From assembly GCA_012295275.1 (NCBI GenBank), contig CM022665.1, forward strand, positions 8,060,001 to 8,124,000: a stretch of 64,000 nt of DNA, written 5' to 3'. Of this stretch, positions 12,253-28,397 are shown one piece after another. Under the pieces are notes generated by a model. The model saw only the letters and a list, made by a program, of their open reading frames with translations. It had not been told where the DNA came from and searched no databases. The translations under genes and the position numbers were made by a program. The stretch is from Chrysomallon squamiferum. Taxonomy: Eukaryota; Animalia; Mollusca. How positions within the stretch are numbered: the first letter of the stretch is position 1; each line of letters starts with the position of its first letter.

Positions 12253-12570
12253 CAGTGGTACATCGACTTACGAGTACCCAAGATATGAGTTTTTCAAGCT
12301 GAAGGAGTCGATAAAAACTGTAACTCCAACCAAATGGATTAAAATAATTTGTCTGATCTCCAAGATAAATACACTTTACAAAACCAATTTATTTCTTTAC
12401 ATTCTCTTTTATTTTGTTTTTATACAATATTTGTCATTTATAAATACATTTTTCTTATTTAAAAAAGTTACAAAAAACAAAAATGGGGTGGTTTTTGGAG
12501 GCTGGAACGGATTAATGGTATTTCAATTAATTTCAGTTGGGAAAACTGATTTGATATACGAGCAAATTGA
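12253..12570. mobile_element. Second, inverted and truncated copy of the pogo/Tigger-like MITE
   Basis: TA followed by CAGTGGTACATCGACTTACGAG at 12253. About 12497-12570 is a close reverse complement of about 7637-7711. The other TIR is missing. Confidence 0.7.
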
Positions 12571-12837
12571 GGGTATTCAAAAGGCGAGTCATAGTAACGT
12601 AACAGGGCTAAGGGCACGACTTAACGGCGGCTTGACTAACGGGCGCAGAAAAACAACAACAATGACAATTAAATTAAAACCTGTTACATATTATCAGTTC
12701 TGCTGCACTGCAGTGCCATTTTACTCGAGATAAATCTTCAGTGCAATCTGACAGGCACAGATCTGGTTTTAACAGGAAAGTCAACGATTATGGGAGACAA
12801 ATAAAGAAAAAAGAAAAAGAAAAAAGGTAGGGTCAAA

Positions 12838-12893
12838 AGATAAAGAATATGTGAAAGTTCAAAAGGACAACATCTGTTTTATTCTTAGATCAG
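12838..12893 (+). promoter_or_regulatory. Putative non-coding first exon of DNase I gene B
   Basis: AGATAA at 12838-12843 and donor CAG|GTATGT after 12893; similar to the first exon of paralog A. Confidence 0.5.
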
Positions 12894-13415
12894 GTATGTA
12901 TGTATTAGCTGTATATATGATACTGTTAAGTCTTAACTTTTTTTTTTTTTAATTATAATAAAATAAAATTTAAAAAAATGAAATAGAAAATAAGTAAATG
13001 AAGTTCATCATCAGCTAGAGTTTGTATATATAAGATTGGCCTTTTTTGTATTGTTCGTTTAATATTATACATGCTTTTATCCAAAGTGGATTTTTCGATT
13101 TTATTATTGTTTCGCATATCTTTATTTAAAAAAATAATAATTTGTTAAAAAATATCTGATTGTTGATCATACGTAATTTTGAAGATTGGCCAGGCAGCAT
13201 TTCAGTGTGCAGTGTTTGAATATAATTACTAGTACTCTTTGTTATTATATTAAATTTGAAGATATCTTTTAAACATACGTCATATTTAACCGAATTATTT
13301 TTTTTTATCAGTATTTCCAGGAAAATATTTATCTATGAAAACAACAATTATATTTTTTATTTCACTTTCTTGTTTTCTATGGCTAGCATTTCTGCATGTG
13401 ATATCTACCAGTAAT

Positions 13416-13575
13416 GAGAAAGGAAACCAGCTGACAATATGCATTAGGCTTCTTTTTTGGATTAGCAACAAATGATCTATTATATGAACCTTCTCACATA
13501 CAGAAAAGTTCTTATCATGGTCTTTAATAAACCAGATGCATCATGAGGAGGTTTGATCACGCCTCAGTCCTCCAT
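13416..13575 (-). mobile_element. Degenerate SINE relic (gastropod tRNA-derived, Meta/MESC-like core)
   Basis: ggcttcttttttggattagcaacaaatgatctattatatgaaccttctcacatacagaaa matches 60853-60915 and the reverse complement of about 18674-18745. Family assignment is from memory. Confidence 0.55.
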
Positions 13576-13670
13576 TAGAACAACATTTTATTTAAGCCCA
13601 AGCCAGTCGTGTATTGTATTTTATTATATTCTTGTTCCAGTTTTTATTTACAGCACCAATACTTCAAGCC

Positions 13671-16600
13671 ATGTATATTACGTGGTTATTGGTTCTGCTG
13701 CTTTCTCAGACAGTAGCCGCCACGTTGAAAATAGGAGCCTTCAACATTAAAAGACTAAGTGAAAACACATTAAATTCACACCCTGGTCGTCTGGACATGC
13801 TTGTCAGGGTAATATAATTGTGTATAGTAAAATGATATACAAGTATGTGGCAGAGTGTATTTAGTAGTATTAGGATGAGCAGCAATAGTAGTAGTACTGA
13901 TAAACACTGGTAGTAATAACAATAGCAGTTGAAGCAGTAGAAACAGAAGTAGTAGGATATGTACCAGAAACAGTGGTTGTAGTGATAATAGTAATAGTGT
14001 TGTAGTATTGGTGATGGTGTGTGTAGCGGTGAAGTTTTATTTGCTTTGGATTAACACTATTCAATATTTTGCCAATCAGTAATTATCATGTTAAAGCCAA
14101 AAGGAGTATTTTGTTTGTGTCCAGCTGGGACTGCAAACAACAACAGAAACTTTAGATAAAAATATAATCTGAAAATTTGAAAACCTGAATATCTGCAGTT
14201 GTGAAAGGAATACTAATATAATTATTGTTAATGTATTCTATTCAGAGATCAAGATCAAAGAATTGTTTGTTTAAATCAGATCTTTAATTAATCCACTCTC
14301 GATAATCTCTGTCGTGTCTATTTCAGCATCCGCCTTTATTCTTTTAATGTAATTGTGGTTATTATTTATTATTTGTGGGTATTTATTATCAGAACTTTTT
14401 GCTGCTTCAGCTACTTCTTCTGAAATACAACAACAACTTACTACTACTATTACTACTACTACTAATTACTGTTATTATTATTTGCAGATCTTAAGTCGCT
14501 ATGACATTACAGTAATCGAAGAAGTCATGGACACTGACGGCATACACGATATTCTACACGGCCTTAACAGGTGTTTATTTTGAAACCTACAAACTGATAA
14601 AAATTCCTGCATTTAGAAATTAATTTATTTTCCTCAGTATATTATGATACATTGTTTTTCTATATTTTAACATATTATTCTGCTAGCATTAGCTTGTTTT
14701 GGGGTTTGTTTGGTTTTTTATTTTTTTATTATTATTATTATTATTATTTACTTATTTACTATTGTTTTTTTTTTGTTGTTGTTTTTTTTACTTATTTATT
14801 TATTCATGTATTTATTTATTAATTTATTTATTTTAAACACACACACACACACACACACATACAATTTGTTCTTTCTCTTTGATTAAGTCAAGGTGGCGGA
14901 CCGTATGGCTTGCAACTTAGTCACCGTCTTGGCAGTACCCGGTATAAAGAACACTATGCGTTCATTTATAGGTAAGAATCCACAAGTTCGTAATAATTTA
15001 ACTTGCTTCATAATATTTCAAATGAAATAAAGATTATATTACATAAGGTAATGATCTGAATACTAAACACATTAAAATAAATAAATAAATAAATAAAAAT
15101 GTTCCGTTCTCATGGAGCACTGTAATAACATGTATATGCATATGTTTGTGTGTATGTACGTACGTATATGCGAATAGATGTGTATGCATAATAGAGAGAA
15201 AGAGAGGGAAAATGTACAATCAATTTAATGGGCTCGATTCAGTGCACTTAGCAGTTAGCGGACAAACATTCAGCTGACTAATTCCTTGACGATGTCTTCA
15301 GTACCTCACAAGATGGTCTCTAGTTCGCGCTGGTTGTGTGATATGGTTGGATAAATCATATCCACTCACTTCTTTGATTTTCATTTTAAAAGTATTTCAT
15401 ATTGTAGTATTAAAATTAGTTTTAAATTTTCTATACTGTAACATTAAATTATCATTTTAAAATATTTTCAATTTAATGGACCCTCTTTTTCTTTATTAGT
15501 GTGCTAAATTAAGCTTTAATCTTTGCGTATGTGTGTGTGTGCTTGTCTTTTTATGTTTGTTTGTTTTTAATCCCCCCCCCCCCTCCAGGACAGACCGTGT
15601 GAGTGTGAGAGACACTTACCAATATCCAGATCCTCACAACTTCCTGGATCGTGAACCTTTCGCCATAGAGTTCCACACAACACATGCAGGTATAGTTCAA
15701 GACACTGTTATTGCACTTAAAAATTGGATACAAAATGAAAATTAGTTAATTTTATACTCACTAGAACATTATTAAAGTTTTATAGCAAGGTTTTATTAAT
15801 GTGCGATTCTATTACTTGTGCTTCTCTTAATTTTTCTTTCTTATAGGCATATTTCTTATTTCCTCATCTTCTTTTTTTTTAGTTTTTGTTTTTCTTTTCT
15901 TTTCTTTTAAATGTTTTATTACTTGTCAGATATATTACTGTTTGAAACCTTTTTTTCAGCCATTCATAACTTCGTTATTGCTGCTGTACACATAAAACCG
16001 CGGGAAGCAATGTCTGAGATAGATCATTTAGTTAATATCTACGGCTCACTCAAGTCGCATTTTGGCAACGAGGTAAACCAAAGTATTATGATAATAACTG
16101 TATACCTGATGCTTAGATGTGCAAAAGGTAATCAGTAATTAACATTTGTAGTTTGAAGCAAGCACCTGCTGCTGCATCAGAAAATATACTACAAGATGAA
16201 AGGCATTACCTGTCATGTGGTTGTGACTCCATCCATGTTCCAAAAAAAAAAAAAGTATATTTTTGTTATGAATATATATATATAAATAATTTAATTTTTT
16301 TTTTTTTTTTGATAAATCATGCACAAGATAAGTAATGCATAGCTGAAATAAAATAAAATTAAGAGAGAAAAGAAAAAGAATATTTACGTTTTTCTGAAAG
16401 ATATGCGTAAGGGCTGAGAATTATCATCAGTACAGCTTTACAGTGAAAGATAATTATTTTTAGTTATTATTATTGTTGTTGTTTTCAACATTGTTAAGTA
16501 TATTATTTAATATATAAAATAATTATGTAAAGTGTTTAGACATTAAAATAATTACTCATTGTCACTAGTTTTCAAAACGTCATAAATTTATTTTTAGTCA

Positions 16601-18402
16601 AATATGTTAATTAGACTTATGATTTTAAAATTTTAATTTTTCTATTAAAAGAATAAAAAATGCTTTACAAGTTTAAAAAAATGGTTGTATATTTAAAATC
16701 TCAGCTTTAGTAGCAATTTTATAATATTCTTTTCATATTTTAAAAAAAATTAATTTCTTTTTCTGTTGTATTAATTTAAAATTTTATTATTGTTGTAATT
16801 ATTATTATTATTTTGAAATGATTCTTTTCATGTAGAATATAATGTTTGCTGGGGACTTCAATGGTGACTGTAGTTACTTGTCTCAGAGACAACTGCATAA
16901 AAATCATTTGTACACAGATGGGAGATTTCACTGGCTGATACCCAATAGAGAAGACACCACAGTGTCTGAACATACAGACTGTGCATACGACAGGTACACA
17001 ATTTCCTATTTAATAAACATAATTTTTATTATTATTAGTTTTTGTAGAAACAGTGCAGTAGTTTTATGTTGTACTAGTATATGCAATAATAGCATTAGTA
17101 ATACTAAAACATATTTAATGTCATTAAAAGGACTGACAAATCTGTTGCTGTTGTTTGGTTACCCATACAAATTTCTTAATTTGTAAGTGGGTAATTTTCA
17201 CTAATTGGTTACAATGTTCTGAATAAATGAACACAATTTTTTTTCCAAAGCTGTTACAATGGACTTATTACAGGTTAATGAACTTTTAAATCTATTTAAA
17301 GATATGAGATTCACATTAAGAATTACTATAAATTCATGCCCTACAGCATTATTTTATTTGAATAACAGATATTCAGACAGATTTTTACCATAAGTTTTTA
17401 TAATAATAATTATTATTATTGTTATACTTATTTAGTAGTAGTAGTAGTATGAAGAACATACTAACAAATTATGGATGTATTTATTATACGACTATATATA
17501 TATATATTTTTTTTTTTCTTTCTTTTTATAGATTTGTTGTGGCTGGGTCAGAATTTATGAGTGCCATTGTTTATGGAAGTGCTAAAGCATTCAATTTTGA
17601 AACGGCTTATCATCTTAATTTTAACCAGGTTTATTCCCAATTTTGTACTGCAAGATTATTATGACTAGCATAAACAAATGTTACCATGATAAAAAGTATC
17701 ACTTTCATACACAGAGCAACAATAATTATTTGAAAGTATCTATTTGTATAACTGTAATAGCTGTTTTTTAGACTAATAGTTGACAATACATTTTCCCCCA
17801 TTCTCTGATATACAAAATCGTTCTGTTGTATTAAATCTGTATAGTTTTATAGTAAGAGTGTAGGTTTCATATTTCTTCCTTACTAAGAATTATTAAGTGC
17901 ATATGGTTTTAATGTTATAAACATAAAATAAAGGATGTATTATAAATTGCGATTAAACTGCCATTTAAAAAAATGCAACAAAATAAACAACAGCTGTGTG
18001 GTCCTAGTGAATCTAGGCTGTATTATTTTTCAGGATAGAGATTTATCAAGCATTCTTCTATAACTTATATCTTTGTTGCCAGTAAATTACTAATGCAGTA
18101 AGCTAATAACTATATATGTGTATAATGAACATGTTAAATTCAGAATGTAGACATAAGTTCAGATTTTAGATTTAATCTCATAATTTTTATTAATACATTT
18201 TTCATTTTCTGTTTACCATAATTAATATTTGAGCAAATACAATATGTATAAAAATAATCAGTTACTAATCATCTGGAAAATTTTATTTTATGTTTCCTTA
18301 AAACTTTTTTCCCAGTGTTTTAAATGTTTTTAGTTTTTGTTTGTATTTTTGTAGGCCTGGGCAGTCAGTGATCACTATCCAATCGAGTTAGAGTTGAAAT
18401 AA
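13671..18402 (+). CDS. DNASE1: Deoxyribonuclease I-family protein B, secreted, canonical active site (273 aa)
   Basis: Eight coding exons: 13671-13808, 14488-14570, 14888-14971, 15589-15689, 15960-16072, 16836-16993, 17532-17628, 18355-18402 (822 nt). Signal peptide, then LKIGAFNI, IEEV, RYKEHY, DREPF, AVH, GDFNGDCSY, EDTT, CAYDRFVV, VSDHYPIE. AATAAA at 18420-18425. Confidence 0.95.
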
Positions 18403-18506
18403 TCCATGACAAAGTTTAAAATAAAGGTATAAAAACAGTTCTGAACTGTCTTCCTGTCATATTTCACCTTAATATTTGCATTCTTTTCCTTTTCTATTTT
18501 TTATGT

Positions 18507-18748
18507 GTAGTGCTAAAGCTCTAACCAGAAGTATTATTATTAGGATCAGTCCTCCTTGATACTTTTTTAATGTTTTATATCCTGTCTTATTGGGTTATTT
18601 TTGCTCCAGCCAGTGCCCTGGAGAATTGTTTAAGAATTCTCTAGGAAACATTTGATTTGTAACATATGATGATGGTATGTGCTTTCCTGTTTATAAGAAG
18701 GTGATATGAAAGATATTTTGAAGCTAATTGAAAAGGAGTAACCCATTG
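18507..18748 (+). mobile_element. Degenerate SINE relic, same family as 13416 and 60700
   Basis: gggttatttttgctccagccagtgcc...ggtatgtgctttcctgtttataagaaggtgatatgaaagat...gctaattgaaaaggagtaaccc is reverse-complementary to the other two copies. Confidence 0.55.
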
Positions 18749-19272
18749 CTCAACAGCACTCATCTGTGTGATGTGGAATGATAAATTGGCTTTCTTATTT
18801 AAATGTTAGCAATATATATTTATGATACATTTATATTTGCAGAGTATTGGTATTTAATGCTTATTTAATTAAATTTAAAAGTAAAATGATTATAAACTTA
18901 CACAGAAATATTTAAATTCCAAAATTGTTTATGAAAAAAAGGAAAAATAAAATAAAGAGGGAAAAAAAGTAGACAAGAAAAAAAACACTAAAACAAACCC
19001 CACCTAAATATATTTAGCATATTTTCAAGTATTGCAAGAAAGCACACAGACAGCCAATTTATATGCTTCCTCTCATGTATTCACAATATCAGATCAACAA
19101 CAGTTTCACAGGCTGACAATTATACCAATTTACAGTTTTGCACCAAAAAGAAATATAATTTCAATTTATAAGTAACACACACATACAAAGTGACAAACAC
19201 ATATACAGTTAGTTCAAACACATTAAAACAAACGGTTTATATTCCTGTATATGAAGTCTTACAAAATATAAA

Positions 19273-22200
19273 TCATGTTTGCAATTTTGTTTCAGGCATA
19301 TCATAAAAATGAATTCCAGTATCCTTCAGTTCATTAGCAACCAAATCATCTATCTGCTTTGCCATTTCATCTGACATGTAATTCTTCCAATCACCAATAA
19401 CACCTGAAAAATACAAGACCTGATGTCACAGCCTCTCAGTTAAAAAAACACAAAATGAACAATATATGAATTAAGAAAAAAAAGATAAGATGGTCAATGT
19501 TATTAAAGATGTGTAAATATTAAGAATGAATAATACACACATACATTACACATTTTGAACATTTAAAACTTTAATCACTTCTACAGTTTTATATCCAAAA
19601 TTAATTTATTTGTTTAACAGTTAAAATTTATTTTGTTAACAAAATGCTGTGAAAAGTAAAACTCAAATCTGTCTTTGGTATGCACACAACACTAAACAGA
19701 ACAAGAAATAATCCAAAGTAAACTAAATGCAAGATACTTTAGAAATGTATTTCTCAACATCAACAGTATTTTTAATGTGTTATTTCCTTCTGTGTGTATC
19801 TTGCAATTGAAATACTCAAAGAATTTCATTGTTACCTATGAATTACAAACCTTTCCTTAAGAAGTCTTCATGTTCTTTGGTATATATCCAGTCCTCCAAC
19901 CAACTGTAGTTTACAGCTGAATTAGACTTCATGTTTTTGAAAGAAGTATGTACTGCCAGTTTCTGAACCTCAACTTCATTCACATGCTTTCCCAGAAAAT
20001 TTGATACAGTACGAATAGTTCCAGGGAGATCCTGCATGAATAATGTATATGTATTATTGGTTAACAAAAATATCTTAGTAACACTATACAAAAATATCAA
20101 TGAAAGATTCAATCTTTCAGTTCAGAACATTCACTAAAATAATGAACTGACCCACAGTGGATTGTATTTATCATTACTTGCAACCAAGGTTCAATCTTGC
20201 TAAAACTCAGTTTTGTCAAAATAATGTAATACACCTATGTAATATAAAAAGTTATCAATAATAGTTAGCTATCTACTGTTCAGACATCTCACATGATGAA
20301 ACAATGAATGAAATTGTAATTCAGAGCAAACTGGTGTTTAAAGTATCTTACAATTTTTAACATTTTAAGGAAGAAGTAATAATGTCTGTTTGGTTAAGAA
20401 CTAAGAGAAATAATAGCAGAATATTTGCATTTTTTGCATGCCTTTTTCATTTCTTCATAAGTCAGAAATAGAACATTGTCTTCATCTTTCCACTGCCAGC
20501 CTTCTTTGACATGTTTCCACCATGGTCCATATTTCACTGGAAATATTTGAGGAATGCTGTATTTAATGATACAGTGTGGAAAAGAAAGAGAAAAAAAAAA
20601 GGAAAAAAGATGGCCTATTTACATCTGTAATAAATCATAAATACGAAATTTCAAAGTCCTCTAATTATTACAATTAGTATTCCAAAATAGGAATAATAAT
20701 TTAAAATAATAATAATAAAAGAAATAAAAGAAATCAAAAGAAATAATTTTAACCAATAAAAAAAAAAAAAAGTATTTGATTCAGTATTTTAATACAACAG
20801 TTAATAAATATTAAAAAAAAAAATGTACTCACTTGTTCCATTAATGAAAGTGTTAAAGAAATGGTTAAAATCTCCTCTATATTCTAGTTTAGCAAGTGAC
20901 TTAGTGAAATGATAGAAAGACACAATAGTGTCCTTTGGATTTCTTGCAAGATAAATGATCTGGAATAATTTAAACAAAAAATTTAAAAAATAATTTAATT
21001 TTTTTTTATATTGTGAACATTTTGATAATTTCTATCTGTATGATATCAAACAACACCTGAAATAGGTTTCAAATGCTTTTTAAGAGTGAGCAACAAAACT
21101 GAAAAATGTCTCATACCTTGCAAATGAATAAGAAGTATTTGTAAATTTCTCAGTAAATACATTAACAGTCAGAAGGTTATTATTTTTAATATTTTATCAT
21201 CACTGCACTGAATAACTGACCAAAGTTTTTATATGTTTTCCAGCACTGACCAAAATACAGTGTTTTGGGATTTATTTCAATAAAGTACTTATTACTTAAA
21301 TATATATATATATATATTGTTCAAAATTACTTCTTTAGTGTTAATTGCTGATTTAGATCTAAAAAATATTATTTTAAAAAAGGTTTTTATTTAATAAATA
21401 ACAAATAAATTGTTATTATGTAGGAACTATATTTATATGTATAGTTTCTGTAGGCACCAACAAAATCAATATACATGAACCTACTACTCTCAAGAGCTTT
21501 TAGTTGAGAAATAAAACAGTTAATTGCATTTAATTTTTGTGTTATTTAGGACTGCAGGATAAAAGAAATAATTTACATTTTGATATTACAATCTGAAAAA
21601 CATGTATTAATTTGTCAATATAACCTCAAAAAACAACAAAAGAAAAACATCTGAATCCAGTGCCTGCATGTTAAAAATACCTTTGGTTTCTTTTCCTTCA
21701 TCTCTCTGGGCAATAAAGAAAATGGTAGATGTGTTTTAATGATTCTAGGTGAAGGCATTTTGCTAATGGTGCGAAGACCTGGTACTAAGTACTCAAAAAA
21801 TGGAATTCTTTCATCAATTTTCTGTGATTTTGCTTTATCATAGTTGAGATCATTTTCCAACAGATACACAATCTCTGTCAGCCATGTGGTCCCTGCAAAA
21901 TGTGGATAATCACAAAACTATAATTTGTTTTTACGAACATTTTAATTTTTAAATTTAAAAATAAAAAAAAGTCGCTTCAAACATATATAATGAAAAATTA
22001 ACTTACAAATGTAAAAATCTTGTAAAAATGCCTAACCAATGCAAAAAGTTGTAATGTGATTTTCTTTGCCAAAGTCTCAAGATTAGTAAAATATATCTGT
22101 TTTTATTTTATACAATTCTGAAAATCAGTTCCAAAACTTATTTTTACCTGCTTTTGGATATGTTACAATCCAAATATCATCTTCTCTGACTTTAAAGCTA

Positions 22201-22676
22201 AATATATTATCCATAATATCAGCTACAATCTTTGGAATAACATATCCACGATATCTGTAAAGATTTACTCTTCTTGATGTGATACCAATTTCTGGTTCTA
22301 TTGGTTCCATTCCTCTAGCAGTCAACCGGAAATTTTTATATGCTCTTAATCCTATTGCCGACAGAAGAACTGCTCCAATGAAACATGACAAATAGGTGGC
22401 CCATGTAAGGCGTTGTCTACCTTTTGGAGATAAACCTGGAGCATGAGTGCGATTCTGATTAGTTCTTACAAAGACATATGTATTGCTTTTAAAATTTCTC
22501 TTATAAACTGTTTCAGCTGACTGTTTATGGAAACTAACTAGATTTCTGGTAGAGAATGTAAAGGCCGTTGTTTTGTAGCAAATATTTGGACAAAATTTGT
22601 ACCATGATGTTTTGCACACAGATATTTCCAAGCACCTTGATACAGGGTGTTGACTGAAGGTCTTTAAACAGAACAT
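19273..22676 (-). CDS. Cytosolic-type (SULT1-like) PAPS-dependent sulfotransferase with N-terminal presequence/TM extension (424 aa)
   Basis: Exons 22676-22148, 21892-21681, 20959-20833, 20536-20442 (GC donor), 20031-19851, 19403-19273 (1275 nt). Motifs TYPKAGTTW (5'-PSB loop), IIKTHLP (catalytic His), ARNPKDTIVS (3'-PB), YGPWW, LTYEEMK, FLRKGVIGDWKNY. Confidence 0.93.
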
Positions 22677-23116
22677 ACTGCTGCTCCTCTAGCTACAGGT
22701 CATGTTCTGAAATGTAATTTCAAACATTAATATAAACTGCTTAATATGTAGCAAGTAGTGCTGTGAGTGCTAATCACAAATGTACTTGTTTTCATGTACA
22801 CATGTATTTGAGATAATGATTTAAACTCATTCTTGTATTGCTGAAAAAAAAATATTACATATTATAAATCATCAAAAAAGTTAACCTAGCTCTTGGTAAA
22901 ACCAAACAGAAATCAATGGGATATATATATTTCTTTTTTTTTTTTTTTTTTTTTTTTTACAAGATTTATGAGGTTTGTTATTTATTTTAAGTGACAACAA
23001 TTTAATATGCTTCTAGTAATCGTTTGTTATAAATTAACCATTTTCTTTTTGAAGGGGGGAAAGCTGAAAATACATTTTATTGAGATCCTCTTTTACAGCA
23101 TTGTAAAATATTTTCA

Positions 23117-23151
<35 letters not shown>

Positions 23152-23578
23152 CATAACTGATTTTAAATAATAATAAAATTAAAATAATAAAAATGAAAGT
23201 TGTTATTATTCTAGTTAATTGACCAAAAGAATGAAACTGATTATCAAACGCTGGTAAAATATTTTAAAATAATAATAACAGTTATAATAAAGTTTGCATA
23301 TATAATTGATACAGTATTTAAAAGCCAAACGCTAATTTAGTAATTAGTAATTTGAGTTACTCATTTAGTGATTTACTAAAGTCTAAAGTAAATGATTTTG
23401 TAGATTTATGGATTCGGTAACATCAGTTTAGCTGATAATACTTCTATATTAGCACATTGCTAGTTACTTGGAGTTAATAAAAATGAAAACGTTCGGATCG
23501 TCCTTTCCCCTGTTTTAGGAAGAAAGAAAAGCAAAACCTCTTTATTACTTCTAAAGTGTTCCACACATTTCAACTTAC

Positions 23579-23755
23579 TGATTCCCTTCATAGACTGGCT
23601 CATTTAATTTGTTGACATTTGAATGAAGCGTAACATCGAATATACACATTTTTCAGTAAACAGTCTACGGGCAATTTTTGTAGTTGTCAAGATAGCAAAG
23701 TTAATTATATTGAGAGCTGATCAACATATTGATGACAATTACAAAGAAATTAACA
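23579..23755. promoter_or_regulatory. Putative bidirectional promoter with first non-coding exons of SULT (-) and CCDC28 (+)
   Basis: Minus-strand donor GTAAGT (ACTTAC at 23573-23578) and plus-strand donor GTGAGT (23756-23761) face outward less than 200 bp apart. CpGs are locally more frequent at about 23480-24240. Confidence 0.5.
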
Positions 23756-25125
23756 GTGAGTTTGTAACTTCTGTTTTTATGAATATTTAGGAAATACACA
23801 TTTTGTCTGGTTACAAGTTTAATTTCTAATTTTATAATATCCAGAGGGTACCTCAACTATCACTTATCAGCATCATAAAACCAGTAAATTGTAACAATTA
23901 TAATGCTAATGTTTAATATATAATAACATTAATAAATTAAGAATAATTTACGTACAACCTTCTGGCCGTTTACTGCGGGGAGTGCGGACAAGTAGCGCGT
24001 ACACTCACTCAGTCATAAGTTATAATCATAATAATGTACAAAATAATGGCAATAGTTGAATAATAGTATTAATACTGTTTGAAAGTGGCACATTTTCGCC
24101 TTAGAATTTATAGAAGGAAGGGAAGAAGACGAAAGAAAGAAAGAAAGAAAAAAAAAAAAAAAAAAAAAAAAAAACCCAAAACAAAACAATAATACCCCAA
24201 AAAAAAAAAAAAAAAAAAAACAACAACATCGTTTCCGGATATTAAACATTAAAAATTCCTGTGGCACTTTTATAATAGTAATGCCCCTCTCCAGGGAATT
24301 TAGTTGACATGTGGCCATGAGTATTCTCTTATTTAGTGTTGTAAAATTTATAAAATAACCATTTTAGTTTTATATGTTAGCACATTGGGTTTGTGTGCAT
24401 ATTTTGATATGGGAGACAGTTTATTCTAGTTAAACTTAAAGATTATAAAAGAAAGAAAGAAACAATATCCCATTTCAGTGTGATTTTGGAAAAAAAAAAC
24501 TGCTATTATTGTATTATATTAATGATTGGATGATTTTAGATTACATTTTAAATGATGCCTAATAATCACTGGTTTGAGAGAGTTCATTTTTGTTGACCAA
24601 ACCTGTCATCTAATTATTTGAAAACATAAACTTGATCTCTGAATAGTAACATTCTATTCAGTATTTATACAGTAATTTAATGGACAAACGACCTTGGACT
24701 TAACAGTAGCAAATTTAGTAGACATATTTCTTTAGGACTGAAGCAATTTCCCACAAACATTAATTTGATGCTTTTATACTTCATGTTTTTCTTGGTGAAT
24801 CATGCTAATATATTACTTGCTAGCATATAATGATATATCATCATTTACTCCTGTTGTCTTAACATGATTATTTTGTGTCTAATTATTAAATTTTTAAATT
24901 AAATATTTCATATTATAGTATTAAAATTACAATGTTATTAAAATTAACATGTTGTCATTTTAAAACATTTACAATTTAGCAGACTTTGGTATCATTGAAA
25001 ACCCCATTGTCTTTCAGTCTATATATTGAGGGTCTGCTAAACATATATTTTTTTCTTGATGTTATCTGTAACATGCTTTTGTATTTTATAATTATAGCTA
25101 CTTCAGTGCAGTGATTGCTGAAAAA

Positions 25126-28397
<3,272 letters not shown>

